A DNA stretch of 64,000 nt from Candidatus Giovannonibacteria bacterium (GTDB lineage Bacteria > Patescibacteriota > Minisyncoccia > JACPKW01 > UBA11713), in NCBI GenBank assembly GCA_016186825.1, contig JACPKW010000004.1, forward strand, positions 130,237 to 194,236, written 5' to 3'. Each line of letters begins with the position of its first letter. The stretch's first letter is position 1. The notes under the pieces were generated by a model that was not told the DNA's origin, did no database searches, and saw nothing but the letters and a program-made list of their open reading frames with translations. Made by a program: the position numbers and the translations under genes. This document shows positions 48,468 to 56,668 of this stretch, piece by piece.

Positions 48468-48555
48468 GCGTGGGTGGCGGAGTGGTCAATCGCACGTGGC
48501 TGTAAACCACGCGCCCTGACGGGCTACGTAGGTTCGAATCCTACCCCACGCACCA
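48468..48555 (+). tRNA. tRNA-Tyr(GUA)
   Basis: GCGTGGG/CCCACGC acceptor, CGTGG-CTGTAAA-CCACG anticodon arm, long variable arm, TTCGAAT loop, encoded CCA. Confidence 0.96.
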
Positions 48556-48813
48556 ATATCAAACTTTCCGATTTTTGCCCGACCGATTCGGCCGAGCGAG
48601 GCGAGGCGAACCTTTCAAACTTGAGAATTCCTTTCTGAGGCAGTATTCTTGAATTAGTCCGAACCCCGGTAGTAAAGCAAAGCTTACTACGGGGCACGTC
48701 GCATTTCTCCGCCTGCGACGGTGAGGAAGTCCCCCCAGCGAATCCGCCAGCTGGCGGACGGAAAGGCGGCGGCTTGTCCTGAGCGAAGTCGAAGGGAGCC
48801 GCACCGCTCAAAA

Positions 48814-48904
48814 CCGCCAAACCTGCCTGCCGGCAGGCAGGGAACCCGTTAAAAACATCGGCTCGAATCATATTTTAATTTTGGGGGAAGAAAATTTTTA
48901 ATCA
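48814..48904 (+). repeat. Cassette-separating repeat, copy 1
   Basis: CCGCCAAA-CCTGCCTGCCGGCAGGCAGG-GAACCCG...ATCGGCTCGAA...AAAATTTTTAATC. Confidence 0.88.
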
Positions 48905-48934
48905 TATAGTCGAAAATTATTAAATAATAAAGAA

Positions 48935-49633
48935 ATGAACATGGACAATCAAAAAGGTTTTACAAATATAGTTTTGATAGCAGTAATCGTAATACTTGTA
49001 GGTACAGTTGGATATTTTGCTTTGACGAATAAACAGGGACCAGCTACACAACAGACGATAACAACACCTCCAGCCGGAATCCCAACTCCAACGCCGCAAG
49101 CATCTACTCCAACGCCAGCAGACGAAACTGCAAATTGGAAAACGCATCGAAATGAAGAATTTGGTTTTGAGTTTCATTATCCAAAAGAGTTCCCATTCGG
49201 TGCTGGCCAGAAAGTACCGGACACGCAGGGAGCATATAATTATATATTCAATATTTCTGGTCCACGCGGTGTGGGCGAAAGTATCGCAGATTTTAACGTT
49301 ACTCCTCAGGAAAAATTATATCCATTCGGCTTCAGTTTTAAAGGAGAACAACCTATAAGGAGTCTGAGCCAGCTAAAAATCAATATTCAACGATATGTTG
49401 AAGCGAAGAACAGTGTTGAACAAGTAAGGGAATCTGTGCAAATTACCGATTTTACTACTAGGGAGAACCTAAGTGGACTCAAGGCGGTTTATTACGGAAA
49501 TAGTCCACAGCAGCCCTCGGCCGTAACTTATTATTTCTATAAAGACCCATATATTTACTGGTTTAGGTCTTTTGGCTTAGAAGCAGACGGAAATGTTTCT
49601 AAAATAGCTTCAACTTTCAAATTCATAAAATAG
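48935..49633 (+). CDS. Exported PsbP-like hypothetical protein (cassette 1)
   Basis: QKGF plus TM leader, Pro/Thr linker, WKTHRNEEFGFEFHYP, ends STFKFIK. Confidence 0.8.
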   Translation: MNMDNQKGFTNIVLIAVIVILVGTVGYFALTNKQGPATQQTITTPPAGIPTPTPQASTPTPADETANWKTHRNEEFGFEFHYPKEFPFGAGQKVPDTQGAYNYIFNISGPRGVGESIADFNVTPQEKLYPFGFSFKGEQPIRSLSQLKINIQRYVEAKNSVEQVRESVQITDFTTRENLSGLKAVYYGNSPQQPSAVTYYFYKDPYIYWFRSFGLEADGNVSKIASTFKFIK

Positions 49634-49642
49634 AATTTTAAG

Positions 49643-49743
49643 GAATTTGCCGCCAAACCTGCCTGCCGGTAGGCAGGGAACCCGGAAAAATAATCGGCTT
49701 GAACCATGTTTTAACTGAAAGAAGAAAAGAAAAATTTTTAATC
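49643..49743 (+). repeat. Cassette-separating repeat, copy 2
   Basis: Same scaffold; starts about 10 bp after the upstream stop and ends just before ATG 49747. Confidence 0.88.
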
Positions 49744-49746
49744 AAT

Positions 49747-50355
49747 ATGAATAAAGGATTTTTAAATATCGTAATTCTAATCGGCATTGTTATAGTTGTT
49801 GCTCTTGCGGGCGTTTTCTTTTTGAGGCAAAAAACTGAAACGCCCTCAACGACTTTGCAGCAATCAACATCCCCAAATGGAACGGTACAAACAACACCAA
49901 ACAGTCCCTCTGGGGCAATCTCTGACTTATGTCTTTCGGAAAAAGATAAAATCATAGATTTAGTAAATACCTTTGAGAACGCTCAAGTGAAAAGAGATGC
50001 ACGAGGCGTTTTGGCATTGTTCACCTCCGCCGAACTGCCCGGCGATTCTTCTACTTACGTTCACCTTTCCGGAAGCGACACGGCGGGTCCGCGCCTCTAC
50101 AGTTCCGGGCAAACTAATTTTAACCAACCCGCCTTTAAAATCTTGGAGGACCCGAGCAAAAATGCTTCCGGCAGTTGCACTACCAAGGTTCAGGAACAGC
50201 GAAGTTATTATCCTGAAGGTGTGGGCGGAGATTTTGGTCCAGCCCAACCTTACACTGTTTACTTTGTTACAGTAAAACAAAATAATAGTTGGAAGATTGA
50301 TAATTATTTGTCTGATAATAGCAGTACGCATAAGTATAGTGGTTGGGGTTATTAG
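49747..50355 (+). CDS. Exported hypothetical protein, possible NTF2-like fold (cassette 2)
   Basis: MNKGF plus TM leader, Ser/Thr linker, ends VKQNNSWKID; ATG 49747 preferred. Confidence 0.75.
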   Translation: MNKGFLNIVILIGIVIVVALAGVFFLRQKTETPSTTLQQSTSPNGTVQTTPNSPSGAISDLCLSEKDKIIDLVNTFENAQVKRDARGVLALFTSAELPGDSSTYVHLSGSDTAGPRLYSSGQTNFNQPAFKILEDPSKNASGSCTTKVQEQRSYYPEGVGGDFGPAQPYTVYFVTVKQNNSWKIDNYLSDNSSTHKYSGWGY

Positions 50356-50362
50356 TTTTTAA

Positions 50363-50462
50363 GAATTTGCCGCCAAACCTGTCTGCCGGTAGGCAGGGAA
50401 CCCGGAGAAAAACATCGGCTCGAACCATATTTTGAATTTTGGGAAAAGAAAAATTTTTAATC
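50363..50462 (+). repeat. Cassette-separating repeat, copy 3
   Basis: Same scaffold; ends just before ATG 50465. Confidence 0.88.
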
Positions 50463-50464
50463 CT

Positions 50465-51124
50465 ATGAATACTGAACAAGAAAAAACTATACAAAAAGTC
50501 GCCGATGAAGTAAGGCAAAAACTCGAAGGTGAAGGGTCTGGACATGATTGGTGGCACATCGTACGAGTTTGGAATATGGCCAAACACATCGGCAAAAGTG
50601 AAAGTGCCGATATTTTTTTAGTAGAACTTGCCGCACTTCTCCACGATATAGCGGACTGGAAATTTCACGACGGAGACGATACTGTCGGTCCAAAAATAGC
50701 TCAGCAAATTCTTGAAAAATATTCTGTGTCCGCTGAAGTCATTAATCAAGTTTGCGATATTATCATGAGCATGTCTTTTAAGGGTGCGGGCGTAAAAACT
50801 GAAATGAAAACACTTGAGGGTAAAGTTGTTCAAGATTCCGACCGGCTTGACGCAATCGGAGCCATTGGTGTCGCCCGCACATTTGCTTACGGCGGATTTA
50901 AGAATCGGCCTATGTTTGATCCGAGCAAAAAGTCGTCTATGCAACAGTCGAAAGAGGAATATTTTAAGAGCGAAAGCTCAACCATAAATCATTTTTATGA
51001 AAAACTTTTGCTCCTGAAAGATAGGATGAACACTAAAACCGCAAAAGAACTTGCCGAAGGTCGTCATCGGTTTATGGAAGAATATCTCGATAGATTTTTC
51101 CAAGAATGGGATGGAAAAATATGA
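50465..51124 (+). CDS. HD-domain phosphohydrolase (YedJ-like; cassette 3)
   Basis: GHDWWHIVRV, ALLHDIAD, VQDSDRLDAIGA, HFYEKLL. Confidence 0.9.
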   Translation: MNTEQEKTIQKVADEVRQKLEGEGSGHDWWHIVRVWNMAKHIGKSESADIFLVELAALLHDIADWKFHDGDDTVGPKIAQQILEKYSVSAEVINQVCDIIMSMSFKGAGVKTEMKTLEGKVVQDSDRLDAIGAIGVARTFAYGGFKNRPMFDPSKKSSMQQSKEEYFKSESSTINHFYEKLLLLKDRMNTKTAKELAEGRHRFMEEYLDRFFQEWDGKI

Positions 51125-51156
51125 TTCTGATTTTTTGTATTTATAATTCATAATTA

Positions 51157-51192
51157 GAATGCCGCCAAACCTGCCTGCCGGCAGGCAGGGAA
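51157..51192 (+). repeat. Cassette-separating repeat, copy 4 (5' part only)
   Basis: GAATGCCGCCAAACCTGCCTGCCGGCAGGCAGGGAA, then diverges. Confidence 0.8.
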
Positions 51193-51528
51193 AAACTTGT
51201 CACCGCTTTTAGCGGGATCCCGCCTTCTAAAATGTAAATATGTGGCGGGAAAATTGTCATCGATGCGGCTCCCCGCCTGCATTGAGGCTTCGGCGGGCAG
51301 GCGCCGCCTTTCCGAATTTTCGCGGGGGGATTTTTCAATATCAAACTTTCCGATTTTTGCCCGACCGATTCGGCCGCGCTTTGCACTGCGAGGCATTGAC
51401 TTTTCCAATGCGGCGCTAATGCGCAGCTATAAAATTCTTTTATTTGTGCCTTTTAAAATTTATATGGAGCTGGTTTAATAAATAGGGCATAGTTCATAAG
51501 TTGAAGAGCTAAGATAGGGAGGTGCTCT

Positions 51529-51780
51529 ATGTTATATTGCTCCAACTGCTTGGTGGTTTCCTTGACGGAATTGGGTTCGTTAGGAAACGGTTTTGGTACT
51601 TTCGCGAGATGCGAGGATTGTGTGCAAATGATGAATCTCCGTTCAGCGAAAGAAGTTGCCTGCGAGAGGTGCAAGCGGCCATCAATGCCGGTTTTCGAGA
51701 TCCTGGGCAAGGAGCGGCTGTATAAGGCACATGTATTTCATAATATCAATGACCTCTCTAAATTTCCGGAACGAGCGTAG
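51529..51780 (+). CDS. Small Cys-rich (3x CxxC) zinc-ribbon-like protein
   Basis: CSNC, CEDC, CERC; GGAGG ribosome-binding site upstream; terminator hairpin at the stop. Confidence 0.6.
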   Translation: MLYCSNCLVVSLTELGSLGNGFGTFARCEDCVQMMNLRSAKEVACERCKRPSMPVFEILGKERLYKAHVFHNINDLSKFPERA

Positions 51781-51800
51781 CGAATGCTACGCTTTGTTTT
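51773..51800 (+). terminator. Intrinsic terminator
   Basis: GAGCGTAGC-GAAT-GCTACGCTT followed by TGTTTT. Confidence 0.6.
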
Positions 51801-51825
51801 ATAATGAGAGCATAGGCTGATTTTA

Positions 51826-52848
51826 ATGAGCAATTATCTTTTTAGAGAGCTTAACGAAAATGAGGATTTCGACCCGGCTATTTTGGATCCGAGCGTTTAT
51901 TTTACGCAGGCGAAATTTTATGGAGACTGGCAGAAGGATTTTGGAAGAGAAGCGAAGCGCTACGTCATATATGAAGGTGGAACACATGTTGGGTATTTTC
52001 AGTTAGTTAAGTATCCACTTTTGCTTGGGAAGTCTTATTTATATTCTCCATACGGACCCGTGCTTGCAAATTTTTCGAAAGGTCTTCTCGCGGAACTTAA
52101 AAGTAAAATAATGAAAATTGCAAAAAAAGAAAATGCGGTCTTTGTGAGATTGGATTTCTCACCGCCTCCAGATGATAAAACTTTAGTTGAGAGTTTTTTT
52201 AAAAAAGCTAAGAAAGTCACTTATCATGCTGCTCACTTCCAGCCGCGGACCGACTGGGTCTTGCCTCTTGATAAAAACGAGGAAGCATTGCTCGCTGGGA
52301 TGCATAAAGCGACCCGCTACTCTATCAGATTTGCGGACAAAAACGGCATCGCATCAGAGATAATAACTCACGATTTTGAGAAATATTTTGACACCTTTTA
52401 TAATTTGATGGTTGAGACTTCGATAAGAGACGGTTTTTCGCTTCATCCTAAAAAGTATTATGAAAGTATTTTTAAAAATATTTCAAAAATTCCGAATTCT
52501 TACTTGGCCGCCGCGAAATATCAGGAGGAAGTTCTCGTTATCAATTTAATTATTGTGTATAACAAAAGTGCAAACTATATTTTTAGCGGTTCTGCCAATA
52601 AATACCGAAATTTATCTCCTTCCTATTCGGCGCTCTGGGCTGCGATCCGCCATGCTAAAAAAATAGGCTGCGAAAATTTCAATTTAGGCGGAATTTCTTT
52701 GGGAGAAACGTACAAAGGCTGGGAAAATTTGTCCAAATTTAAACAAAGATTTGGAGGCCGTCAGATTAATCATTCTGATTTTTATGATGTTGTTAACATG
52801 CCTTTTTGGTATCAGCTCTATAATTTGCGAAGAGTGATGAAGGTATAA
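51826..52848 (+). CDS. FemABX-family peptidoglycan interpeptide-bridge aminoacyltransferase
   Basis: YLYSPYGPV, MHKATRYSIR, FNLGGI, FKQRFGG. Confidence 0.9.
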   Translation: MSNYLFRELNENEDFDPAILDPSVYFTQAKFYGDWQKDFGREAKRYVIYEGGTHVGYFQLVKYPLLLGKSYLYSPYGPVLANFSKGLLAELKSKIMKIAKKENAVFVRLDFSPPPDDKTLVESFFKKAKKVTYHAAHFQPRTDWVLPLDKNEEALLAGMHKATRYSIRFADKNGIASEIITHDFEKYFDTFYNLMVETSIRDGFSLHPKKYYESIFKNISKIPNSYLAAAKYQEEVLVINLIIVYNKSANYIFSGSANKYRNLSPSYSALWAAIRHAKKIGCENFNLGGISLGETYKGWENLSKFKQRFGGRQINHSDFYDVVNMPFWYQLYNLRRVMKV

Positions 52849-52900
52849 ATAAAGAATTTGGCTAAACTCAAAAAAACTGATAGCCTTTTTTAGGCTGTAA

Positions 52901-52974
52901 GCCTGGGTAGCTCAGGTAGATAGAGCATACGCATGGTAAGCGTAAGGTCGGCGGTGCAAGTCCGCCCCCAGGCT
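52901..52974 (+). tRNA. tRNA-Thr(GGU)
   Basis: GCCTGGG/CCCAGGC acceptor, TACGC-ATGGTAA-GCGTA anticodon arm, variant T loop TGCAAGT. Confidence 0.92.
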
Positions 52975-53026
52975 CAAGTGTAAAACTTTTCTTGATTCGG
53001 GTTTTTGGTAGAATATAATTAAGTCA

Positions 53027-53293
53027 ATGGCGATAAAAAAAATCTTAGTAAACAGAGATCTATGTATAGGCGCGGCGAGCTGCGTTGTTTCTGCTGGGAG
53101 CGTTTTTGAACTCGACTCAGAAAATAAAGGAGTGTTAAAACAGCATGGCGGCGTAAAAAATTCAGGACCAGCGAAAAAAATGCAACTCGAAAATTCTGCA
53201 ATTTCCGATGAAGATCTCATGCTCGCCGCCCAATCTTGCCCCACGAAGGCAATTTTTTTATACAATGAGGCGGATAAACAGATATATCCTTGA
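53027..53293 (+). CDS. Ferredoxin (paralog of 41955..42218)
   Basis: CIGAASC...AQSCPTKAI. Confidence 0.88.
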   Translation: MAIKKILVNRDLCIGAASCVVSAGSVFELDSENKGVLKQHGGVKNSGPAKKMQLENSAISDEDLMLAAQSCPTKAIFLYNEADKQIYP

Positions 53294-54528
53294 AAATGAA
53301 ATCTGTCCGCTACTTGATCATCGGAGGGGGGATTGCCGGAACAACTGCGGCGGAAACAATTCGCTTGCGGGATAAAGAAGGATCAATTTCTATCATTTCG
53401 GACGAACCTGCTCGGCTTTATTCGCGGATTATGCTTTCGAAGCCAAATTTTTTTTTGGAGAAGATTTCTTTTGACCAAATTTGGCTAAAAACCGATTCTT
53501 GGTATCAGGAAAAAAATATTGAACTTCTTCTGGGCAAGCGAGCAGTCTCGCTCAATCCGGCTTTAAAAAAAATTGTGCTCGATGGCGGCACTGAAATTAT
53601 TTATGAGAAGCTCCTGCTTGCATATGGGGGAGAAACAAGAAAGTGGGAGCTCAAAATTCCTGTAAGCGGCGTTCATTATTTAAGATCTCTTGCGGACGCG
53701 AAGGAAATTATTGATGCAGTTAAGATGGCGAAGAAAGCAGTTGTAGTCGGCGGAGGTTTTGTAAGTTTCGAAATGTGCGAAATGCTTCGCCTTGCCGGGC
53801 TTGAAGTTTCGCTTGTGATGAGAGAAAAGCATTTTTGGTCAAACCTTCTGGACGAAGCTTCCGGCGCGATGATTGAGAAGGCTCTGGAAACGCGTGGCGT
53901 AAAAATTTATCGCGAATCGGAAGTGGGGCGCGTTTTATGGGATGAAACAGTCGAAGAGGCGATATTAAAAAACGGCGAATCCATCCCATGCGATTTAATC
54001 ATTGTCGGGATTGGGCTTAATTTTAAACTTGATTGGATTAAAAACGCGGGGATTGAAACTGGCCGCGGAATTTTAGCAAACGAATATCTCGAAACGAATC
54101 TCCCCGATATTTGGACCGCAGGTGATATTGCAGAATTTAAGGACTTAATTTTGGGTGAGCGGGTTCAGCTCGGAAATTGGGTAAACGCGCAAATGCAGGG
54201 CAGACGCGCGGCTTTGAATATGACAGGAGAGCATGTGCCGTTTAAAATGGTCTCTTTCTATACGACCACCGCTTTTGGCATAAACGTCGCTTTCATTGGT
54301 GATGTAAGGCCGCTTGAAGGCCGCCAAATAATAACGCGGGGAAATCCTGAAAATGGCTGGTATTCGAGAATAATTTTAAAAGACGATGAAATCATCGGGG
54401 CTACTTTGATAAATCGAACAGCTGAACTTGCTCCCATTTCAAAGTTAATTGAAAATGACATAAATATTTCAGGGCATGAAACCGATCTCGCAAATCCCGC
54501 TTTTGAACTTAAAACTTTAGTTTCTTAA
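53290..54528 (+). CDS. FAD-dependent NAD(P)H oxidoreductase (ferredoxin/rubredoxin reductase-like)
   Basis: IIGGGIAG, VVVGGGFV, IWTAGDIAE. Confidence 0.88.
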   Translation: MKMKSVRYLIIGGGIAGTTAAETIRLRDKEGSISIISDEPARLYSRIMLSKPNFFLEKISFDQIWLKTDSWYQEKNIELLLGKRAVSLNPALKKIVLDGGTEIIYEKLLLAYGGETRKWELKIPVSGVHYLRSLADAKEIIDAVKMAKKAVVVGGGFVSFEMCEMLRLAGLEVSLVMREKHFWSNLLDEASGAMIEKALETRGVKIYRESEVGRVLWDETVEEAILKNGESIPCDLIIVGIGLNFKLDWIKNAGIETGRGILANEYLETNLPDIWTAGDIAEFKDLILGERVQLGNWVNAQMQGRRAALNMTGEHVPFKMVSFYTTTAFGINVAFIGDVRPLEGRQIITRGNPENGWYSRIILKDDEIIGATLINRTAELAPISKLIENDINISGHETDLANPAFELKTLVS

Positions 54529-54530
54529 TT

Positions 54531-55031
54531 ATGGCTGAAAACGATTTAGAAAAACCAAAAATAAAGGTTGGGTGGTTTTCTTTTTCATGTTGCGAAGACA
54601 ACACAGTGGTTTTCACGGAGTTGATGAACGATCACTGGCGAGATTGGAAAAAACTTTTCGATTTCAGGCATGCCCGAGTTTTGAAAAGCCAGAATATTCT
54701 TGATGAGCTGGATGTCGCATTTATCGAAGGCGCAATCGCTTCCGACCAACAAGCGGAGAGATTGCGCCAAATCCGCGAAAAATCCAAAAAACTTGTTGCG
54801 GTTGGCGCCTGCGCTGTTGTGGGCATGCCTGCTGGGCAGCGAAATTATTTCAGTGAAGGGCAAAAAAGGGAAATCGAATTTTTGACGGCGCGTTTTGCGG
54901 CTTTGCCGAAAGTTCTGAAGGTTTTCGAGGTTGTTAAGGTTGATGCTGAAGTTGGAGGATGCCCCATGGATGGCAATAAATTTTTGGAAGCAGTTAATGG
55001 TCTTGTTAGTGAGCTGCAAAATATAAAATAA
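54531..55031 (+). CDS. [NiFe]-hydrogenase small subunit, proximal-cluster domain only
   Basis: SCCED, DVAFIEGAI, VAVGACA, GGCP; no distal-cluster C-terminal domain. Confidence 0.85.
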   Translation: MAENDLEKPKIKVGWFSFSCCEDNTVVFTELMNDHWRDWKKLFDFRHARVLKSQNILDELDVAFIEGAIASDQQAERLRQIREKSKKLVAVGACAVVGMPAGQRNYFSEGQKREIEFLTARFAALPKVLKVFEVVKVDAEVGGCPMDGNKFLEAVNGLVSELQNIK

Positions 55032-56323
55032 TGCACAATAATTTTGATTTAACTTTGGATCGTTTGACCAAAGTAGAAGGATCTGCTTCGCTTGAAATTC
55101 GTGTGCGAGAAAATAGAGTTGAGCACGTGCATTTTAAAATTACAGAATTCAAGCGATTTTTTACAAAAGCGATGGAGGGGAAGCCCGTCATCGCGCTTCC
55201 TCAACTTTTGTCGAGGATTTGCGGGACATGCTCTAATGCGCATATTCTTGCTTCTATTGAGGCGTGCGAGAATGCTTTAGGCATTAAGCCTTCGGAGCAG
55301 ACGATGGCGCTGCGCGCGCTCACAATGTATGGACTCAACATCCGTGACCACGCTTTGCATCTTTATCTTTTTGCGATGCCGGATATTTTTGGGAAAGACG
55401 CTTTTCTTGATTTTGATGAAAACGATCCTATTGAAGGCGAGCTTTTGAATGACGCTTTTGAAATTAAAGCCGCGGGGAATTTTCTTTCTACGCTTGTGGC
55501 TGGGCGGTCTGTCCACGCGCTCTATCCGAATATCGGGGGTTTTAATCAGATCCCAGGCGCTCCTGAAATTAAAATTGCAATCGAAAAACTGGAAGCGATT
55601 CGGCCCGCGGTAATCAGGCTTGTAAAAGTATTTGAAAATTCCCCGTTTCATTTTGATCGTAATACAAATTTTATGGCGCTTGTCCCAAAAGACCGTTATG
55701 GTTTTATTGACGGTGATATTTTAACATCAAAAGGGGAGCGAGTTCCTGAAAAAAACTTCCGCGAGCATCTTGAGCGCGTAGTTCTGCCGTATTCCCAGGC
55801 TTCGGCTTATAAACACGAAGGCGAAGCATATATGGTTGGCGCGCTCTCGAGAATGAATCTCGCGAAAGATCTTTTGCATCCGCGAACAAAAGAAACGCTC
55901 GCAACCACTTTGAATTTATTCCCGTCGACCGACGTCTTTTATACAAATATTGCGCAGACCGTTGAGATTTTGCATTCTATTGATGATGCGATTGAAATTT
56001 TGCAAAATCGAAAATTTGAGCCGGAAGCTTTGCAGAAAGGAACAAACAGGGAAGCAGTTGGCGTTGGCGTTGTTGAGGCTCCGCGAGGAACCTTATATCA
56101 CATGGTGAAATTAAAGAAGGATGGGACTGTTGAATCGGGGGAGGTTATTGTTCCCACGGGCCAAAATCAGGTGAACATTGAAGAAGATGTCGCGCGTCTG
56201 GTGGAAGATTTAATTCCCGAATCTTCAAAGGAAGAAATAGTTTTTGAAATTGAGAAATTAATCCGCGCCTACGATCCCTGCATGAGCTGCGCCGCGCATT
56301 TTCTCAAAGTGGATTGGAAGTAA
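55031..56323 (+). CDS. [NiFe]-hydrogenase large subunit, group 3b-like
   Basis: TKVEG, L1 motif RICGTC, VEAPRGTLYH, L2 motif YDPCMSCAAH plus a short C-terminal tail. Confidence 0.92.
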   Translation: MHNNFDLTLDRLTKVEGSASLEIRVRENRVEHVHFKITEFKRFFTKAMEGKPVIALPQLLSRICGTCSNAHILASIEACENALGIKPSEQTMALRALTMYGLNIRDHALHLYLFAMPDIFGKDAFLDFDENDPIEGELLNDAFEIKAAGNFLSTLVAGRSVHALYPNIGGFNQIPGAPEIKIAIEKLEAIRPAVIRLVKVFENSPFHFDRNTNFMALVPKDRYGFIDGDILTSKGERVPEKNFREHLERVVLPYSQASAYKHEGEAYMVGALSRMNLAKDLLHPRTKETLATTLNLFPSTDVFYTNIAQTVEILHSIDDAIEILQNRKFEPEALQKGTNREAVGVGVVEAPRGTLYHMVKLKKDGTVESGEVIVPTGQNQVNIEEDVARLVEDLIPESSKEEIVFEIEKLIRAYDPCMSCAAHFLKVDWK

Positions 56324-56668
56324 GCTCGCTCGCATTGGATCAAAGTTTGGCGGAATGGCGATGACAGTGATTTTTTTTAATTTTCCGATTTTTTGGAGAT
56401 GGCGCAGATTTGAATAAGCGTCAAAGTCATGCATAGTCAGGCGGGGAGGGGGCCTGAAATTTTTTAGATCGTAAAACATTTGCGGCTTTGAAATATCCTC
56501 GACAGTATCAATAATTGTTATTTCTGCTGGGATTTCCCATTCTTCGTTCGGATCGAGAACTTCAAACTCAATTTCAGGAAATATTTTTTGAAGTTCGGGC
56601 AGAATTCGAATAGGAAGTGAATCCATTTCGAGATCGGGATTTCCGAAAACAAAAATTTGCTTTTTCAT
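56258..56668 (-). CDS. Hydrogenase maturation protease-like (HycI/HyaD-like) protein
   Basis: IFVFGNP..EMD, IIDTV, TMHD; start ATG 56668; overlaps the large subunit convergently by 66 nt. Confidence 0.65.
   Translation of the reverse strand: MKKQIFVFGNPDLEMDSLPIRILPELQKIFPEIEFEVLDPNEEWEIPAEITIIDTVEDISKPQMFYDLKNFRPPPRLTMHDFDAYSNLRHLQKIGKLKKITVIAIPPNFDPMRASLLPIHFEKMRGAAHAGIVGAD

Larger units (their letters stand above)
48554..51376. mobile_element. Putative tRNA-Tyr-anchored island / repeat-delimited gene-cassette array
   Basis: 41-bp direct repeat (48554-48594 and 51336-51376), inverted scaffold repeats (48730-48803 and 51264-51330), four copies of an intergenic repeat separating three genes; no integrase in the window. 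Confidence 0.6.

Noticed and set aside
48524-48871. 115-aa minus-strand ORF (also 51141..51478, 49638..49955, 50267..50595)
   Set aside because: These translate palindromic repeats or antisense tRNA ('PACRQAG' peptides) and are unlikely to be proteins.
48814-51192. Classical integron attC sites
   Set aside because: No evident RYYYAAC/GTTRRRY ends and no intI in the window; kept as a distinct, unnamed repeat.
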